A stretch of 64,000 nt of DNA, taken from the NCBI GenBank assembly GCA_965237675.1, contig OZ250150.1, positions 32,001-96,000 of the forward strand, given 5' to 3'. The notes under the pieces are model-generated. The model did not search any database. It saw only the letters and a list, made by a program, of their open reading frames with translations, and had not been told where the DNA came from. This document shows, piece after piece, positions 1 through 8,851 of the stretch (position 1 is its first letter; each line of letters begins with the position of its first letter). The DNA comes from Candidatus Latescibacterota bacterium. GTDB lineage: Bacteria > Latescibacterota > UBA2968 > GCA-2709665. Both the position numbers and the translations under genes were made by a program.

Positions 1-2
1 TC

Positions 3-737
3 AACTTCCGTCCGGACGGCACCCACGCCGGCGCGACTCTCGATCATATTCTCGCTGCGCGCGACAGGTATCCGCACCGGTTCATCGCCGGCTACTGCCC
101 GTGTCCCTACGAGGGCCATGCCGCCGATCTCTTTGAAACCGCCTGGCGGATGCACGGCGTAAGGGTCTGCGGCGAATGGAGCTATCGCCTCCTGCTCGAC
201 GACCCTCGCAGCATCCAGCTGTTCCGCCGCGCCGGTGAACTCGGCGCTCCCGTGGTGCTCCACATGGATGCGCCTTACCTGCCGGACAAAAAGGGCGTCC
301 CGACGTATCAGGAAAGATGGTACGGAGGCGACATCCGGAACCTGGAACGCGCGCTGGAGGCATGTCCGGACACCGTCTTTATCGGCCACGCCCCCGGCTT
401 CTGGCGATACATCAGCGGCGACGCGGCGACCTCGCCGGAATCCTATCCGCCGGGCCCGGTCGCCCCCGGCGGCAAACTCCATGTTCTGTTTGACAGCTAT
501 CCCAACCTCTACGCGGACCTCTCTTCCGGATCCGGCCTGAACGCCCTTCGCCGCGACCCGGAGCACGCCCGCGACTTCCTCCTCCATCGCGCAGATCGTC
601 TGCTTTACGGCCGCGACGGCAAGGGCAACGATCTCCAGGAATTCCTGCCCGCTCTGGACCTGCCCACGGACGTCCTGGAAAGGATCTATTACAAGAACGC
701 CGCAACACTGGTGCCCACGGACTCCCTTCACAATTAA
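3..737 (+). CDS. Amidohydrolase family protein (Amidohydro_2-like), 5'-truncated by window edge
   Basis: The frame of ORF 150..737 is open back to position 3 (NFRPDGTH...RYPHRFIAGYCP). Motifs: PVVLH, FIGHAPG, PNLYADLS, DRLLYGRD, ERIYYKNA. Confidence 0.85.
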   Translation, partial: NFRPDGTHAGATLDHILAARDRYPHRFIAGYCPCPYEGHAADLFETAWRMHGVRVCGEWSYRLLLDDPRSIQLFRRAGELGAPVVLHMDAPYLPDKKGVPTYQERWYGGDIRNLERALEACPDTVFIGHAPGFWRYISGDAATSPESYPPGPVAPGGKLHVLFDSYPNLYADLSSGSGLNALRRDPEHARDFLLHRADRLLYGRDGKGNDLQEFLPALDLPTDVLERIYYKNAATLVPTDSLHN

Positions 738-772
738 AAAGGCCGCCCGTTGGTTTGGGCGGCCTTTCTTTC
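738..772. terminator. Probable bidirectional intrinsic terminator
   Basis: Stem aaaggccgccc (738-748) / gggcggccttt (757-767) with an A-run before and a T-rich run after, between convergent genes. Confidence 0.8.
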
Positions 773-844
773 CAGTGTCCTTGTACCTGTCGCCGGGTAT
801 CCCCAGGTGAAGGTGTACAGGCGGCACCCTGCCGCGCCGCACGC

Positions 845-1765
845 TCACGTCCAGGCCGCGCGTCCGCTGACGTCCAGATCCAGCCGGTTTCCACGTTCGG
901 GCAATGACACCCGGGCCCGGTAGGTTTTGGCGATCTCCGCTGCCGTTGCGGGAACCCATCCGCAGCCCTGCCGTTCACAGATTTCCCGCGCGGACGAAAC
1001 CACCCCCAGCAATGTCTCCCGCCGAAAATCCCGCGCATCGCCGTAGTCAAAAATATTGTGCGTCAGTGCCTTCAGAACCTTCACCGGAATCTCGTTTCCC
1101 GCCTCAACCTGCCGTTTGACATTCTTGTGAATGGTATACCAGTGATTCTTAGCGTCCACCAATTCAATGCGCAGATCCTGCGGGTGCGCCCCGCCCCACA
1201 TCCGCGACTCGACGTCCACCGTCGGCGGTATATCCACGAAATCCACGTCGCCCGCCAGGGACCGATTATACCGGTGCGGGTAGTGGATATCCAGCGGCGA
1301 ACCGCCCCACACGCAAGCGCATTGCGGCAGATTCCGTGTTGGCATCGACACGGTGCCGTGCGTGAAACCAAGTGCCTCCAGCGCGGGAAACGTATGGTCG
1401 TTGGCCGAGAAATAACCGGGCGTGAATACGGCCGGCGGCCGTCCCATGGCATCGGCGAACAGATCCACGCCTTCCTTCAGAATTGCCACCTGTTCCTCGA
1501 ACCCGTACACGCCCAGGAACTCTTCGTACCCCTGTTCCGCCGGATGGACATGCAAGCCCACCTCGTGGCCTTGAGCTTCGAGTTCGCGGTACGCTCCTGC
1601 GTGCACCCTCATGTCCGACGGGATCACCACAAACGTCCCCCTCACGCCGGTCTCTGAAAAGATATCTCCCAGTCCCCGAATCGACCGCTCGCCCAGCGCG
1701 GGGTCGTTAATCGTGCGTTGCGTGGATTCGCAATCGATCTGAACGTTGAAGAAAATTTCCGTCAC
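845..1765 (-). CDS. Polysaccharide deacetylase (CE4/NodB-like) family protein
   Basis: VQIDCE, GVRGTFVV, GHEVGLHVHP, FTPGYFS motifs; GTG start after GGAG. Confidence 0.75.
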   Translation of the reverse strand: MTEIFFNVQIDCESTQRTINDPALGERSIRGLGDIFSETGVRGTFVVIPSDMRVHAGAYRELEAQGHEVGLHVHPAEQGYEEFLGVYGFEEQVAILKEGVDLFADAMGRPPAVFTPGYFSANDHTFPALEALGFTHGTVSMPTRNLPQCACVWGGSPLDIHYPHRYNRSLAGDVDFVDIPPTVDVESRMWGGAHPQDLRIELVDAKNHWYTIHKNVKRQVEAGNEIPVKVLKALTHNIFDYGDARDFRRETLLGVVSSAREICERQGCGWVPATAAEIAKTYRARVSLPERGNRLDLDVSGRAAWT

Positions 1766-1805
1766 GGCTCTCCGACTCCTTGTCTATGGATGGCTTCCTC
1801 GAAAA

Positions 1806-3542
1806 TCACCCGACCCCCGCTCGTCCCTCGAACGCGGCAACTTCCTGGTATTCGCGTTCGACTGAATCGCCCACATTACGAAATACGGAAAGGCGCAGCG
1901 GCGCAGACGTCCTGCCTGCCAGCGTACTCCGTAGCGCGCTCCCTTCCACCGAGACTTCCTCCAGCCATACGCCGTCTTTTCCCTTCAGATAATGGCCAAT
2001 CTCGTCGTGGCTCGCATAGACCTTCTCAAACCCGTCCGTCAACGCATCGGTTCGACCCAGAATCCGGTCCCATTCGTCCATGGTAACGGCGTCGAACTTC
2101 TGCTCGTGGGTCACGATCTCCGCGTAGAATCCGGCGCGCAACCCGTGGCGAATCTGCAGGGCGGCGTTTCCCGCCGCCTTTTCGACATCGGTCCTTTCAT
2201 TCTCGCGCAAATAGGGGGTGCATCCCGTCAGAAAATCCTCCTGGTGACGGGCCAGCATGGCCGCAAACGCGAAAAAGTCGTGATCGTCCGGCAGATAATC
2301 GTAATAGCACGTCTGCAACCCGTACGGCCAGAACCCATCCTGCATGCACATATCGGCTTTGTGCAGCCCCGTCTGCAGGGCCGGGCAGAAAAACCGGTGG
2401 CCTCGCGCCTTCAGAAAGGGCAGCGCCCTCACTCCGTACTCCCCCCAGTGGAATCGCAGCGTCGCACCCGGATATGTCCCTACCCGCTTCCAGAACGCGT
2501 CCGCAAAGGCGAAGTTCGACTCCAGTTCTTCATGCGAGCACTCACCCTTTCCGAAATTGTAGATCAGCAGTTGATAATAATCCAGCGCGTGGCTGTTGTA
2601 GTGAATTTCCCCGCTCTGAATTCCGGCCCTGATTTTGGGAAACAGCCGTTCCGGTACGTTCCTGATAAACAGGGAGGGCATCGGTTTGTACCCATAGCGA
2701 CTCGCGATTTCGGCAAACGCGAAATCGTGCCGTCCCTCGCAATCGTCCCAGGACATCGTTACGAACGGAGGAATCATATTGGCGGCGAACGGCTTGCGGG
2801 CCGTCCACGTGATCGACCGCCAGAACAGATCGTCCAATCCGCGGGCATGCCCGAAGAACGCGTTCCGCCATACCCGGGAATTCAACGTGAACTGCACCGC
2901 CCGACCCGCTCCCCATTCCGTAGCGAACACCAGGGGATAGTTGCGCGGTTCGAACGCGCTCCACGGCGCCAGGTGCCGGATATAGATCAACTGCTCCTTT
3001 CCCAGTATCCCGTCGGCCAGCGTCATAACCGAATCGCCCCACTTTTCGGCGGCAATTGCCGTCACCATCCGGTCGAACGTGTGTAATTCACCAGGGGATT
3101 GCAGTTGGTTGATATAGTGCTTCCCATCCCCAATCCGCACCGTATCGGTAGCGTACGGATGCGGGTTGATCCGGTCGAACCCGAAAATCTCCAGTAGGGG
3201 ACCCTTATATGCCCTAAGGTCGTAGTCAAAATTGACCAGCCCTGCGCCGTTGTGAACCGCATTGGAAATCAGACCTGTCTCCGCGTCACTCAGACACGCG
3301 CCCAGCCCGTTCTGCGCCAGAACGATACCCGCGCACCGGCTCAAGGCTTCCGGCGTCGGCCGTTCCTCGGCCAGATCCAGCAACCGATAGGGCAACCCGA
3401 AATGCGCCAGCGCCACCAGAACCGTCTGGTCCACAATCATCCGTTCCCAGTACGGCCCCCCGCTGTCGATAACCACGAGCAATGCGCCGTTACCGGAAGT
3501 GGTACGCCGATCCCGCTGCACCCGTCCGTTGCCTGTAACCAT
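1806..3542 (-). CDS. Hypothetical protein: N-terminal GATase-like domain plus C-terminal deacetylase-like barrel
   Basis: 578-aa ORF with GGAGG RBS. FVTMSWDD, NSHA, RFHWGE and THEQ resemble NodB/Agd3-type catalytic motifs (inference). Confidence 0.55.
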   Translation of the reverse strand: MVTGNGRVQRDRRTTSGNGALLVVIDSGGPYWERMIVDQTVLVALAHFGLPYRLLDLAEERPTPEALSRCAGIVLAQNGLGACLSDAETGLISNAVHNGAGLVNFDYDLRAYKGPLLEIFGFDRINPHPYATDTVRIGDGKHYINQLQSPGELHTFDRMVTAIAAEKWGDSVMTLADGILGKEQLIYIRHLAPWSAFEPRNYPLVFATEWGAGRAVQFTLNSRVWRNAFFGHARGLDDLFWRSITWTARKPFAANMIPPFVTMSWDDCEGRHDFAFAEIASRYGYKPMPSLFIRNVPERLFPKIRAGIQSGEIHYNSHALDYYQLLIYNFGKGECSHEELESNFAFADAFWKRVGTYPGATLRFHWGEYGVRALPFLKARGHRFFCPALQTGLHKADMCMQDGFWPYGLQTCYYDYLPDDHDFFAFAAMLARHQEDFLTGCTPYLRENERTDVEKAAGNAALQIRHGLRAGFYAEIVTHEQKFDAVTMDEWDRILGRTDALTDGFEKVYASHDEIGHYLKGKDGVWLEEVSVEGSALRSTLAGRTSAPLRLSVFRNVGDSVEREYQEVAAFEGRAGVG

Positions 3543-3800
3543 TGTTGTCTCCTCCGTATTGGATCAATTGTTGCCGATAAAGTGTCTTGTTTCCGTAAAG
3601 ACAATGCTCATCCTGGATCAGGACAATATCAATTTCCCTTTTTCTATCCCGTCTATATATTAGACAAAACCGGAAGAGAATATACCAGGGTAGTATTCTG
3701 GAGAACGTACAGCAGATAAACGAATCCCGGCTAATTGACCTATCCGACCTGGCGTCGTGTCAATCCACGACCTCCTTCCCATTCCGAAAGGAGCAGAACT

Positions 3801-5102
3801 ATGTCATTCCAATTGCGAGAAGACCAGGCTTTTTCCACTTTCACAGTCAATGACGCCCAAGGCGAGTCGACAAAAGGCGACAGATCAACCAATAGCGGGA
3901 CGTCATGCGGAAATGCTTTGAAATGGGACCGGCTCCTTTACTCCCTCTTCGTGCCTTTGCTGATGTCTGCTGCATCGCTTTTCGGGCTGACGCGGCCTGC
4001 TGCGGCCGACGGTGTGGATTCCGTGGGGGCGCATCTCGGTTTTCTCTCTGAGAAGCCGAAGTCTCTGCCTTTGGACCTGCCGGTACTGCCCACGAGTCGC
4101 GGCGACGGGACAACGTCCTACACCGTCTCCGCCCCATACAGCGCCACGGGCGTCACGCTGGTCCTTTATAGCGTGCGTCGGTCGAAAGTCAAGGTGAAAC
4201 GGCGTAAGACGTCGGACGGCAAGAAGCTTGACCACAATGCCTGGTCTGGCAGGAAGCGTTCAAAGCGGTGGACCATTCTGTCGTTCGATGGACTCGGACC
4301 GGGGGAAAACGCGATTAAGTTCGAGGTGGAGCAGGGACGGAGAAAAGAGAAGACGAAAGTAAACTACGACGTTTCGGTTGCGCGAGCAACAACACCCGGA
4401 AGCGATGCCGGACTGACTGCGTTGGCGCTTTCCAAGACCAGTCTCACGCCCTCATTTGCGCCGGAAACGAAGACCTACCAGGCAGCGGTTCCCTACGCGA
4501 CAACCGGTGTAAAGTTAAACGTCGGGAGGAAGGAACCGGCAACGACGGTCCGGATACGGGGAACAGCGGCGGACGGATCCTCCCTGTTGGTGGACAGGAT
4601 GGACGTTTCCGGCCTGACCGTGGGCCGGAATACCCTGGAGATCGCAGCCACTGCCGAAGATGGAAAGGCGACGGAGCGATACAACATCACGCTGACCCGA
4701 ATTGCGCCGAGCCGGGATACGAAACTCACGGGCATGGCGCTGGCGGAGGGCAGGGCCGGCTTTTTAGGGGTGTCGTCGGAAAACTCGATACTGCGGCCGG
4801 CCTTTAACCGCAGCACGAGTTCGTACGAGGCGGCCGTCTCGGGGGCTGCGACGACCGTCACGATAACCATTTCCAACCCGAGCAATATGACTCACACCCA
4901 GAGCGGAACGACCGCAGACGGCACGCCTCTGGTGGTTCGGAACACCGGGATCAGCCTCACGATGGATGGCACGACCCGCAAGTCGGTGACATTCGATGGG
5001 CTGCAGGTCGGCAAGAACAGGATAGAGATCCGGGTAACGGCGGAGGATGGGGAGACGACCGGCACTTATGAAGTGACGGTGACGCGTGAGGCAGGACCGT
5101 AA
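3801..5102 (+). CDS. Exported cadherin-like beta-sandwich repeat protein
   Basis: AAAGGAG RBS before ATG 3801; hydrophobic segment ending AAA-D; repeated units LTPSFAPETKTY...VGRNTLEIAATAEDG and LRPAFNRSTSSY...VGKNRIEIRVTAEDG. Confidence 0.8.
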   Translation: MSFQLREDQAFSTFTVNDAQGESTKGDRSTNSGTSCGNALKWDRLLYSLFVPLLMSAASLFGLTRPAAADGVDSVGAHLGFLSEKPKSLPLDLPVLPTSRGDGTTSYTVSAPYSATGVTLVLYSVRRSKVKVKRRKTSDGKKLDHNAWSGRKRSKRWTILSFDGLGPGENAIKFEVEQGRRKEKTKVNYDVSVARATTPGSDAGLTALALSKTSLTPSFAPETKTYQAAVPYATTGVKLNVGRKEPATTVRIRGTAADGSSLLVDRMDVSGLTVGRNTLEIAATAEDGKATERYNITLTRIAPSRDTKLTGMALAEGRAGFLGVSSENSILRPAFNRSTSSYEAAVSGAATTVTITISNPSNMTHTQSGTTADGTPLVVRNTGISLTMDGTTRKSVTFDGLQVGKNRIEIRVTAEDGETTGTYEVTVTREAGP

Positions 5103-5123
5103 TCCGGCAGGGGCGCCTCCGTC

Positions 5124-5165
5124 AACGATCACGTCAGACAGGTACGCTCGTGAGTCACGCGCCAT
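5124..5165 (-). pseudogene. Truncated HEPN/DUF86 (HepT-like) toxin remnant
   Basis: ATG overlaps the 3' end of the MNT gene; MARDSRAYLSDVI matches the typical DUF86 N-terminus, then similarity stops after ~14 codons. Confidence 0.55.
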
Positions 5166-5463
5166 ACAGCAACTCCTTCGTCCGCTCAATATCGCGTGCG
5201 ATATAGCGGTTCTTTACTGCTCCTGCAACGACCAGATCCACCTGCTCCCCGAGTATGGCTCTCAGGTCATCCAGCAGACCGAAGTAGGCATCGACTCGAG
5301 CATAGGCTTCCATGGGGCCAAGTTCGACAAGGAGGTCCACGTCGCTCTGACCGTGATGGAAGTCTTCGCGCAGAGCCGATCCAAAGGCATCAAGCCGAGT
5401 TGCGCCATGGCGTTTGCAGGCTTTCGCGATCGCGTCGAGCTTGCTTTCGAGCATCTCTTTCAT
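5155..5463 (-). CDS. Minimal nucleotidyltransferase (MntA-like antitoxin)
   Basis: AFGSALREDF...SDVDLLVE and VDLV...KNRY motifs; GAGGTG RBS before ATG 5463. Confidence 0.85.
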   Translation of the reverse strand: MKEMLESKLDAIAKACKRHGATRLDAFGSALREDFHHGQSDVDLLVELGPMEAYARVDAYFGLLDDLRAILGEQVDLVVAGAVKNRYIARDIERTKELLYGA

Positions 5464-5482
5464 CGGCACCTCAATTACAATC

Positions 5483-5544
5483 CGATACTTGAACCCCAAG
5501 AGCCGACCCATCACGGCACGCTGGTGGGTAACATCAGGCCAATT
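5483..5544 (-). pseudogene. 62-bp relic of a hicB-hicA junction
   Basis: 48/62 identical, ungapped, to 6655-6716. Reads IGLMLPTSVP*/MGRLLGFKYR versus IDLLVPVSVP*/MGRLSGFKYR. Confidence 0.75.
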
Positions 5545-5562
5545 TCGGCGGGTTCGGTACGC

Positions 5563-5955
5563 TTACTTCAATGTATCTACATTCCCATCATCAAGTATCC
5601 TGGCATCCGCTGTCAACAATTGACAATTGTGTACTCTTGCAGTGGCAACAATAATCTGATCTGCTGGATCTTTGTGGAACTCAACAGGCAATCGCGTTGA
5701 CTCAATTGCAATTTGCGGGGTCAGATCGAGAAACCGAATTCCCGGATATGTGAGCGCATGATCCATCCACGCATCAACTGGACAAGGTAAGACGAGCCGC
5801 TTGTACTCAACTAATTTGGCAACTTCCCAACATGAAATCGCACTCACACCGAGACCTTGAGACTCATATTGATCCAGCCACGCCACTTGCAATGTGGTGA
5901 GGCGAGCGTCTCCGTGAACCCACCAGATCCAGATGTGCGTATCAAGCACAATCAT
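5563..5955 (-). CDS. vapC: PIN-domain VapC toxin
   Basis: MIVLDTHIWIW...SAISCWEVA...HKDPADQIIVATA...LLTAD; ATGA overlap with the upstream small gene. Confidence 0.9.
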   Translation of the reverse strand: MIVLDTHIWIWWVHGDARLTTLQVAWLDQYESQGLGVSAISCWEVAKLVEYKRLVLPCPVDAWMDHALTYPGIRFLDLTPQIAIESTRLPVEFHKDPADQIIVATARVHNCQLLTADARILDDGNVDTLK

Positions 5956-6167
5956 TGCAATACGCTCCAATCTCCATCCGCAACCGGTTCCGCCGGATCG
6001 AGATATTTTATCGGTGTGCCGCGCAGTGGATAACGGTCTTTCTCGTTGCATTTCGACGAGCAATGAGAAACAGTGACTACAACCGCATCTCCTACCTGGA
6101 AAGGCAAATCCTCTATAACAACCGTTCTGTCCTGGCCTACAACCGTTTCAACGCGATGGGCGTTCAT
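5952..6167 (-). CDS. Probable VapB-type antitoxin
   Basis: 71 aa with GGAGG RBS, coupled to vapC; LPFQVGDAVVVTV and YPLRGTPIKYLDPAEPV. Confidence 0.7.
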   Translation of the reverse strand: MNAHRVETVVGQDRTVVIEDLPFQVGDAVVVTVSHCSSKCNEKDRYPLRGTPIKYLDPAEPVADGDWSVLQ

Positions 6168-6455
6168 TTCGCTTGCCTCCAGATGTTGATGTCAGTACCG
6201 GTCCAACGAAAAAGTCTGGTTGTCCGCAAGAACGTACCCTTATATCGCGTTTCCTCGTTGGATAATTCTCTTTTTACCATATCTGAGTGTGGCCACACAG
6301 GCAGGTCAATTTAACGAGATGCCCTTGCCTGCCTGCGCCGGCAACGACTCGGTAGACAGGCCGAAGATCTTAGCAAGGATCCGTTCTTGAGACGAATAGG
6401 CCACGGAACTGATACGTCCGTCCCGGGTGTAAAGGCTCTCAGGTCCTTGCAGGCA

Positions 6456-6683
6456 TTAGCGAGCACCAAGGAATTCGTTGACGTCGATTCTTGCTTCTTG
6501 AAGTATGGCGCGAAGCGTTCCTTCCGCCATATCTTTGACGTGTCGAGGTACGGTCACTTTGCGACCAGTCCGAGTATGACGCCAGACTTCGTGACTGCCT
6601 GGTCCCGGACGGTCGAACGCATAACCGAAGAATCGAAGTCGCTGAACAACGTCTCGGTATTTAAACCCGGAGAGCCGCCCCAT
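6456..6683 (-). CDS. hicA: HicA toxin (mRNA interferase)
   Basis: GSHEVW...VTVPRH...GTLRAILQEA; TGATG coupling to hicB. Confidence 0.9.
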   Translation of the reverse strand: MGRLSGFKYRDVVQRLRFFGYAFDRPGPGSHEVWRHTRTGRKVTVPRHVKDMAEGTLRAILQEARIDVNEFLGAR

Positions 6684-6934
6684 CACGGTACGCTGACAGG
6701 TACCAGCAGATCAATTGAAGCGTTGCCCTCCGGAAGCGTCGCCAGTGCACGAGGGAGCGGGTCGCCGTGTTCAATGCACGACTCTGCGATTCTCCGTACG
6801 AGACCTTGTGCAATCTCGGCGGTCTCGGAGACGCTGCGTCCTTCCGCGACCAGCCCGGGCACGTCCGGACTCGTGGCCAAATAACCACCTTCGTCCAATG
6901 GCTCGATACGTAGCCGGATTGCTGATTCGTTCAT
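6683..6934 (-). CDS. hicB: HicB antitoxin (short form)
   Basis: EGGYLATSPDVPGLVAEGRSVSE motif; upstream of hicA. Confidence 0.9.
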   Translation of the reverse strand: MNESAIRLRIEPLDEGGYLATSPDVPGLVAEGRSVSETAEIAQGLVRRIAESCIEHGDPLPRALATLPEGNASIDLLVPVSVP

Positions 6935-6979
6935 CAGATTGGTCTCCCTTTCGATTGAGCTGCCTGTGGCTTGACGTTA

Positions 6980-7194
6980 ACCTCAATTCGAAAAAAGACA
7001 ACAGTCAAATTGGCCACAAAAAGCACAAAAGGCACAGAAAGTACCGGTGCAAAACGGGGTATTGAGGTCGTCCGGAAGGACATTTTTCCGTTCACGTCCA
7101 GTGACTTGGTGTATCCTGGTAATCCGCCGTCTAATCGCCTTTATTAACTAGCACATATTCGAATTAACGTCCACGAAAACTTACGAATCAAGGT
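6980..7194. mobile_element. MITE copy A (internally deleted relative to copy B)
   Basis: Ends acctcaattcg / cgaatcaaggt form an imperfect TIR flanked by TA on both sides; colinear with 62851-63218 except for a ~150-bp internal gap. Confidence 0.7.
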
Positions 7195-7196
7195 TA

Positions 7197-7465
7197 ATTT
7201 CGACCTGCATCCCCCGCCCGGATCAGCATGTTAATCAGCTTATCCACACTGTAACGACCAATCTCCCCCTTCATCATATTGCTGATGCGTGGTTGGGACT
7301 CGCCGAAAAATGCAGCGGTTTGCTGTTGGGTCCACCCTTTGAACTTAATGGACTTTCTCAGGTCGAGCATCAAATCAGCGCGGACTCTTAAGCTCGCCGC
7401 TTCTCTCGCCGATCAAAACCGATATCCTCGAATACGTTCTGGCGGTCCGGAACCACATCCAAAGT
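7197..7465 (-). pseudogene. Frameshifted XRE/HigA-like (HTH_37-type) antitoxin gene
   Basis: Manual translation: NVFEDIGFDRR [shift] EAASLRVRADLMLDLRKSIKFKGWTQQQTAAFFGESQPRISNMMKGEIGRYSVDKLINMLIRAG [shift] MQVEI, ending at the MITE. Not in the ORF track; start position approximate. Confidence 0.75.
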
Positions 7466-7573
7466 GTTGTCCTTTGTTTCAACAACGGCGTTGCATAGAG
7501 CAACGCCGCCTGCATCTCTCGGGGTGGCCCCCCTCGCGCCTTTGTGCCTTTTTTCGTGATGAGGTCGTTCGGG

Positions 7574-8716
7574 TCAGATCTTGATCTCCCACAGATACCC
7601 GCTGCGGTAGGGGCTATCGTTCTCCCCGGCGTAAATTGTCCCATCCGGGGTCACGGCCACGTCGTGGACCTGCCAGCAGTGGGCGTCCCCGTCGGACACC
7701 GGTCCCAGTAAATCCCATGACTCCGTATCGGCGTCGAATCGAATCACCTCACACTGTCCATCTCTTCCGGTCACGCCATAGGCGGCCCCGTCGGGACCGG
7801 GCTGCAGGGTTGTGAGCCTGCTGCGCCGGTCCGCAACAGGCGTACCCAGGTACGTGCCCATCCCGGTCTCCGTATCGATCCGGTAGATCGATCCGTTGGC
7901 GCCGCTGGCGAATATACGTCCTTCTCCCAGGTTGAAAATGCCTTCCACCCTCTCAAATCCGTAGGTGCCGTCCGGCTTTGGAAGGCCCGCATCGAAATAC
8001 TGGATCCTGTCCGTTTCAGGGTTGAACTTGCACAGCCGGTTGCGGTCCACCCCCGCGAAATTCTGCCACGCCCGCGTCACGCTCCAGCCGCACCAGACGC
8101 ATCCGTCGTCGTCCAGTTCGACGTTTTCACCCTGGGCCATTTCCATTCCGCTGCTGATCGGCCCCAGGTCGTCGGAACGCCCGTCAGCGAGGTTGAACCG
8201 GAACATCCGCTCCGGCGTAAACGTCATCCCGTAGATCACGCCGCGTTCCTGGTCCAGGCAGATGGACTGGATGTACATATGGGGCATGGGAACCCCGATC
8301 TTCTGGAGTTCGCCTGTCGCCGGATCGTATTTTACTATCGCTCCGCCGGGCGCCTCCCAGTACCGATCGATATCGTGCAGGAGCGCGATTGCCCCGTACA
8401 GGCACCCGTCTTTCTCCCACCTGACCAGCGACCTGTGGAACTTGGCGTCGAACGGATCGGCGACCTTTCCGTACCCCAGATCCACGAACTCGCCGTTCGC
8501 GCGATCGTAGGCGCGGAATATGTCGGCATTGAAGGAAGTAATCCCCAGGTAAACACGGTCATCATCCGCATTGTGATACACGCTGTCCATGCTGATCCAG
8601 CCCTCGCGCCAGGCCGAATCGGCCCTGAAATCGTCGTATTCCCAGCGATCCTCGACCTCCTCGTCCCATTGGCCGCCGTAGTTCACATCCTGTAACCTGT
8701 GCGCCTTGACCTGCAT
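7574..8716 (-). CDS. Beta-propeller protein, function unknown
   Basis: AAAGGAG RBS; repeated blade-like units (KYDPATG, RFNLADG, KFNPETD, RIDTETG, RFDADTE; VTPDGTIYAG). Confidence 0.7.
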   Translation of the reverse strand: MQVKAHRLQDVNYGGQWDEEVEDRWEYDDFRADSAWREGWISMDSVYHNADDDRVYLGITSFNADIFRAYDRANGEFVDLGYGKVADPFDAKFHRSLVRWEKDGCLYGAIALLHDIDRYWEAPGGAIVKYDPATGELQKIGVPMPHMYIQSICLDQERGVIYGMTFTPERMFRFNLADGRSDDLGPISSGMEMAQGENVELDDDGCVWCGWSVTRAWQNFAGVDRNRLCKFNPETDRIQYFDAGLPKPDGTYGFERVEGIFNLGEGRIFASGANGSIYRIDTETGMGTYLGTPVADRRSRLTTLQPGPDGAAYGVTGRDGQCEVIRFDADTESWDLLGPVSDGDAHCWQVHDVAVTPDGTIYAGENDSPYRSGYLWEIKI

Positions 8717-8791
8717 CTGGTTCTCCTTTCATGTTCAAGGTAGCGTTTCAACAACATCCTTCCGCTTAACCTTTGCCTTTACACCTCAATG

Positions 8792-8812
8792 GGGAGGGCG
8801 AGACGCCCTCCC
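8792..8812. repeat. Intergenic GC hairpin
   Basis: gggagggcg-aga-cgccctccc, perfect 9-bp stem between co-oriented genes. Confidence 0.5.
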
Positions 8813-8851
8813 TCACGGAACGAACGACATCCCGCCGCCTGATTGTCGGCC

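Noticed and set aside
4764-5189. Full-length HEPN toxin ORF
   Set aside because: Only ~14 codons are HEPN-like; the rest is the antisense of the cadherin-like gene.
5100-7570. Integron cassette array or prophage
   Set aside because: No integrase, repeated attC-like sites or phage genes were recognised.
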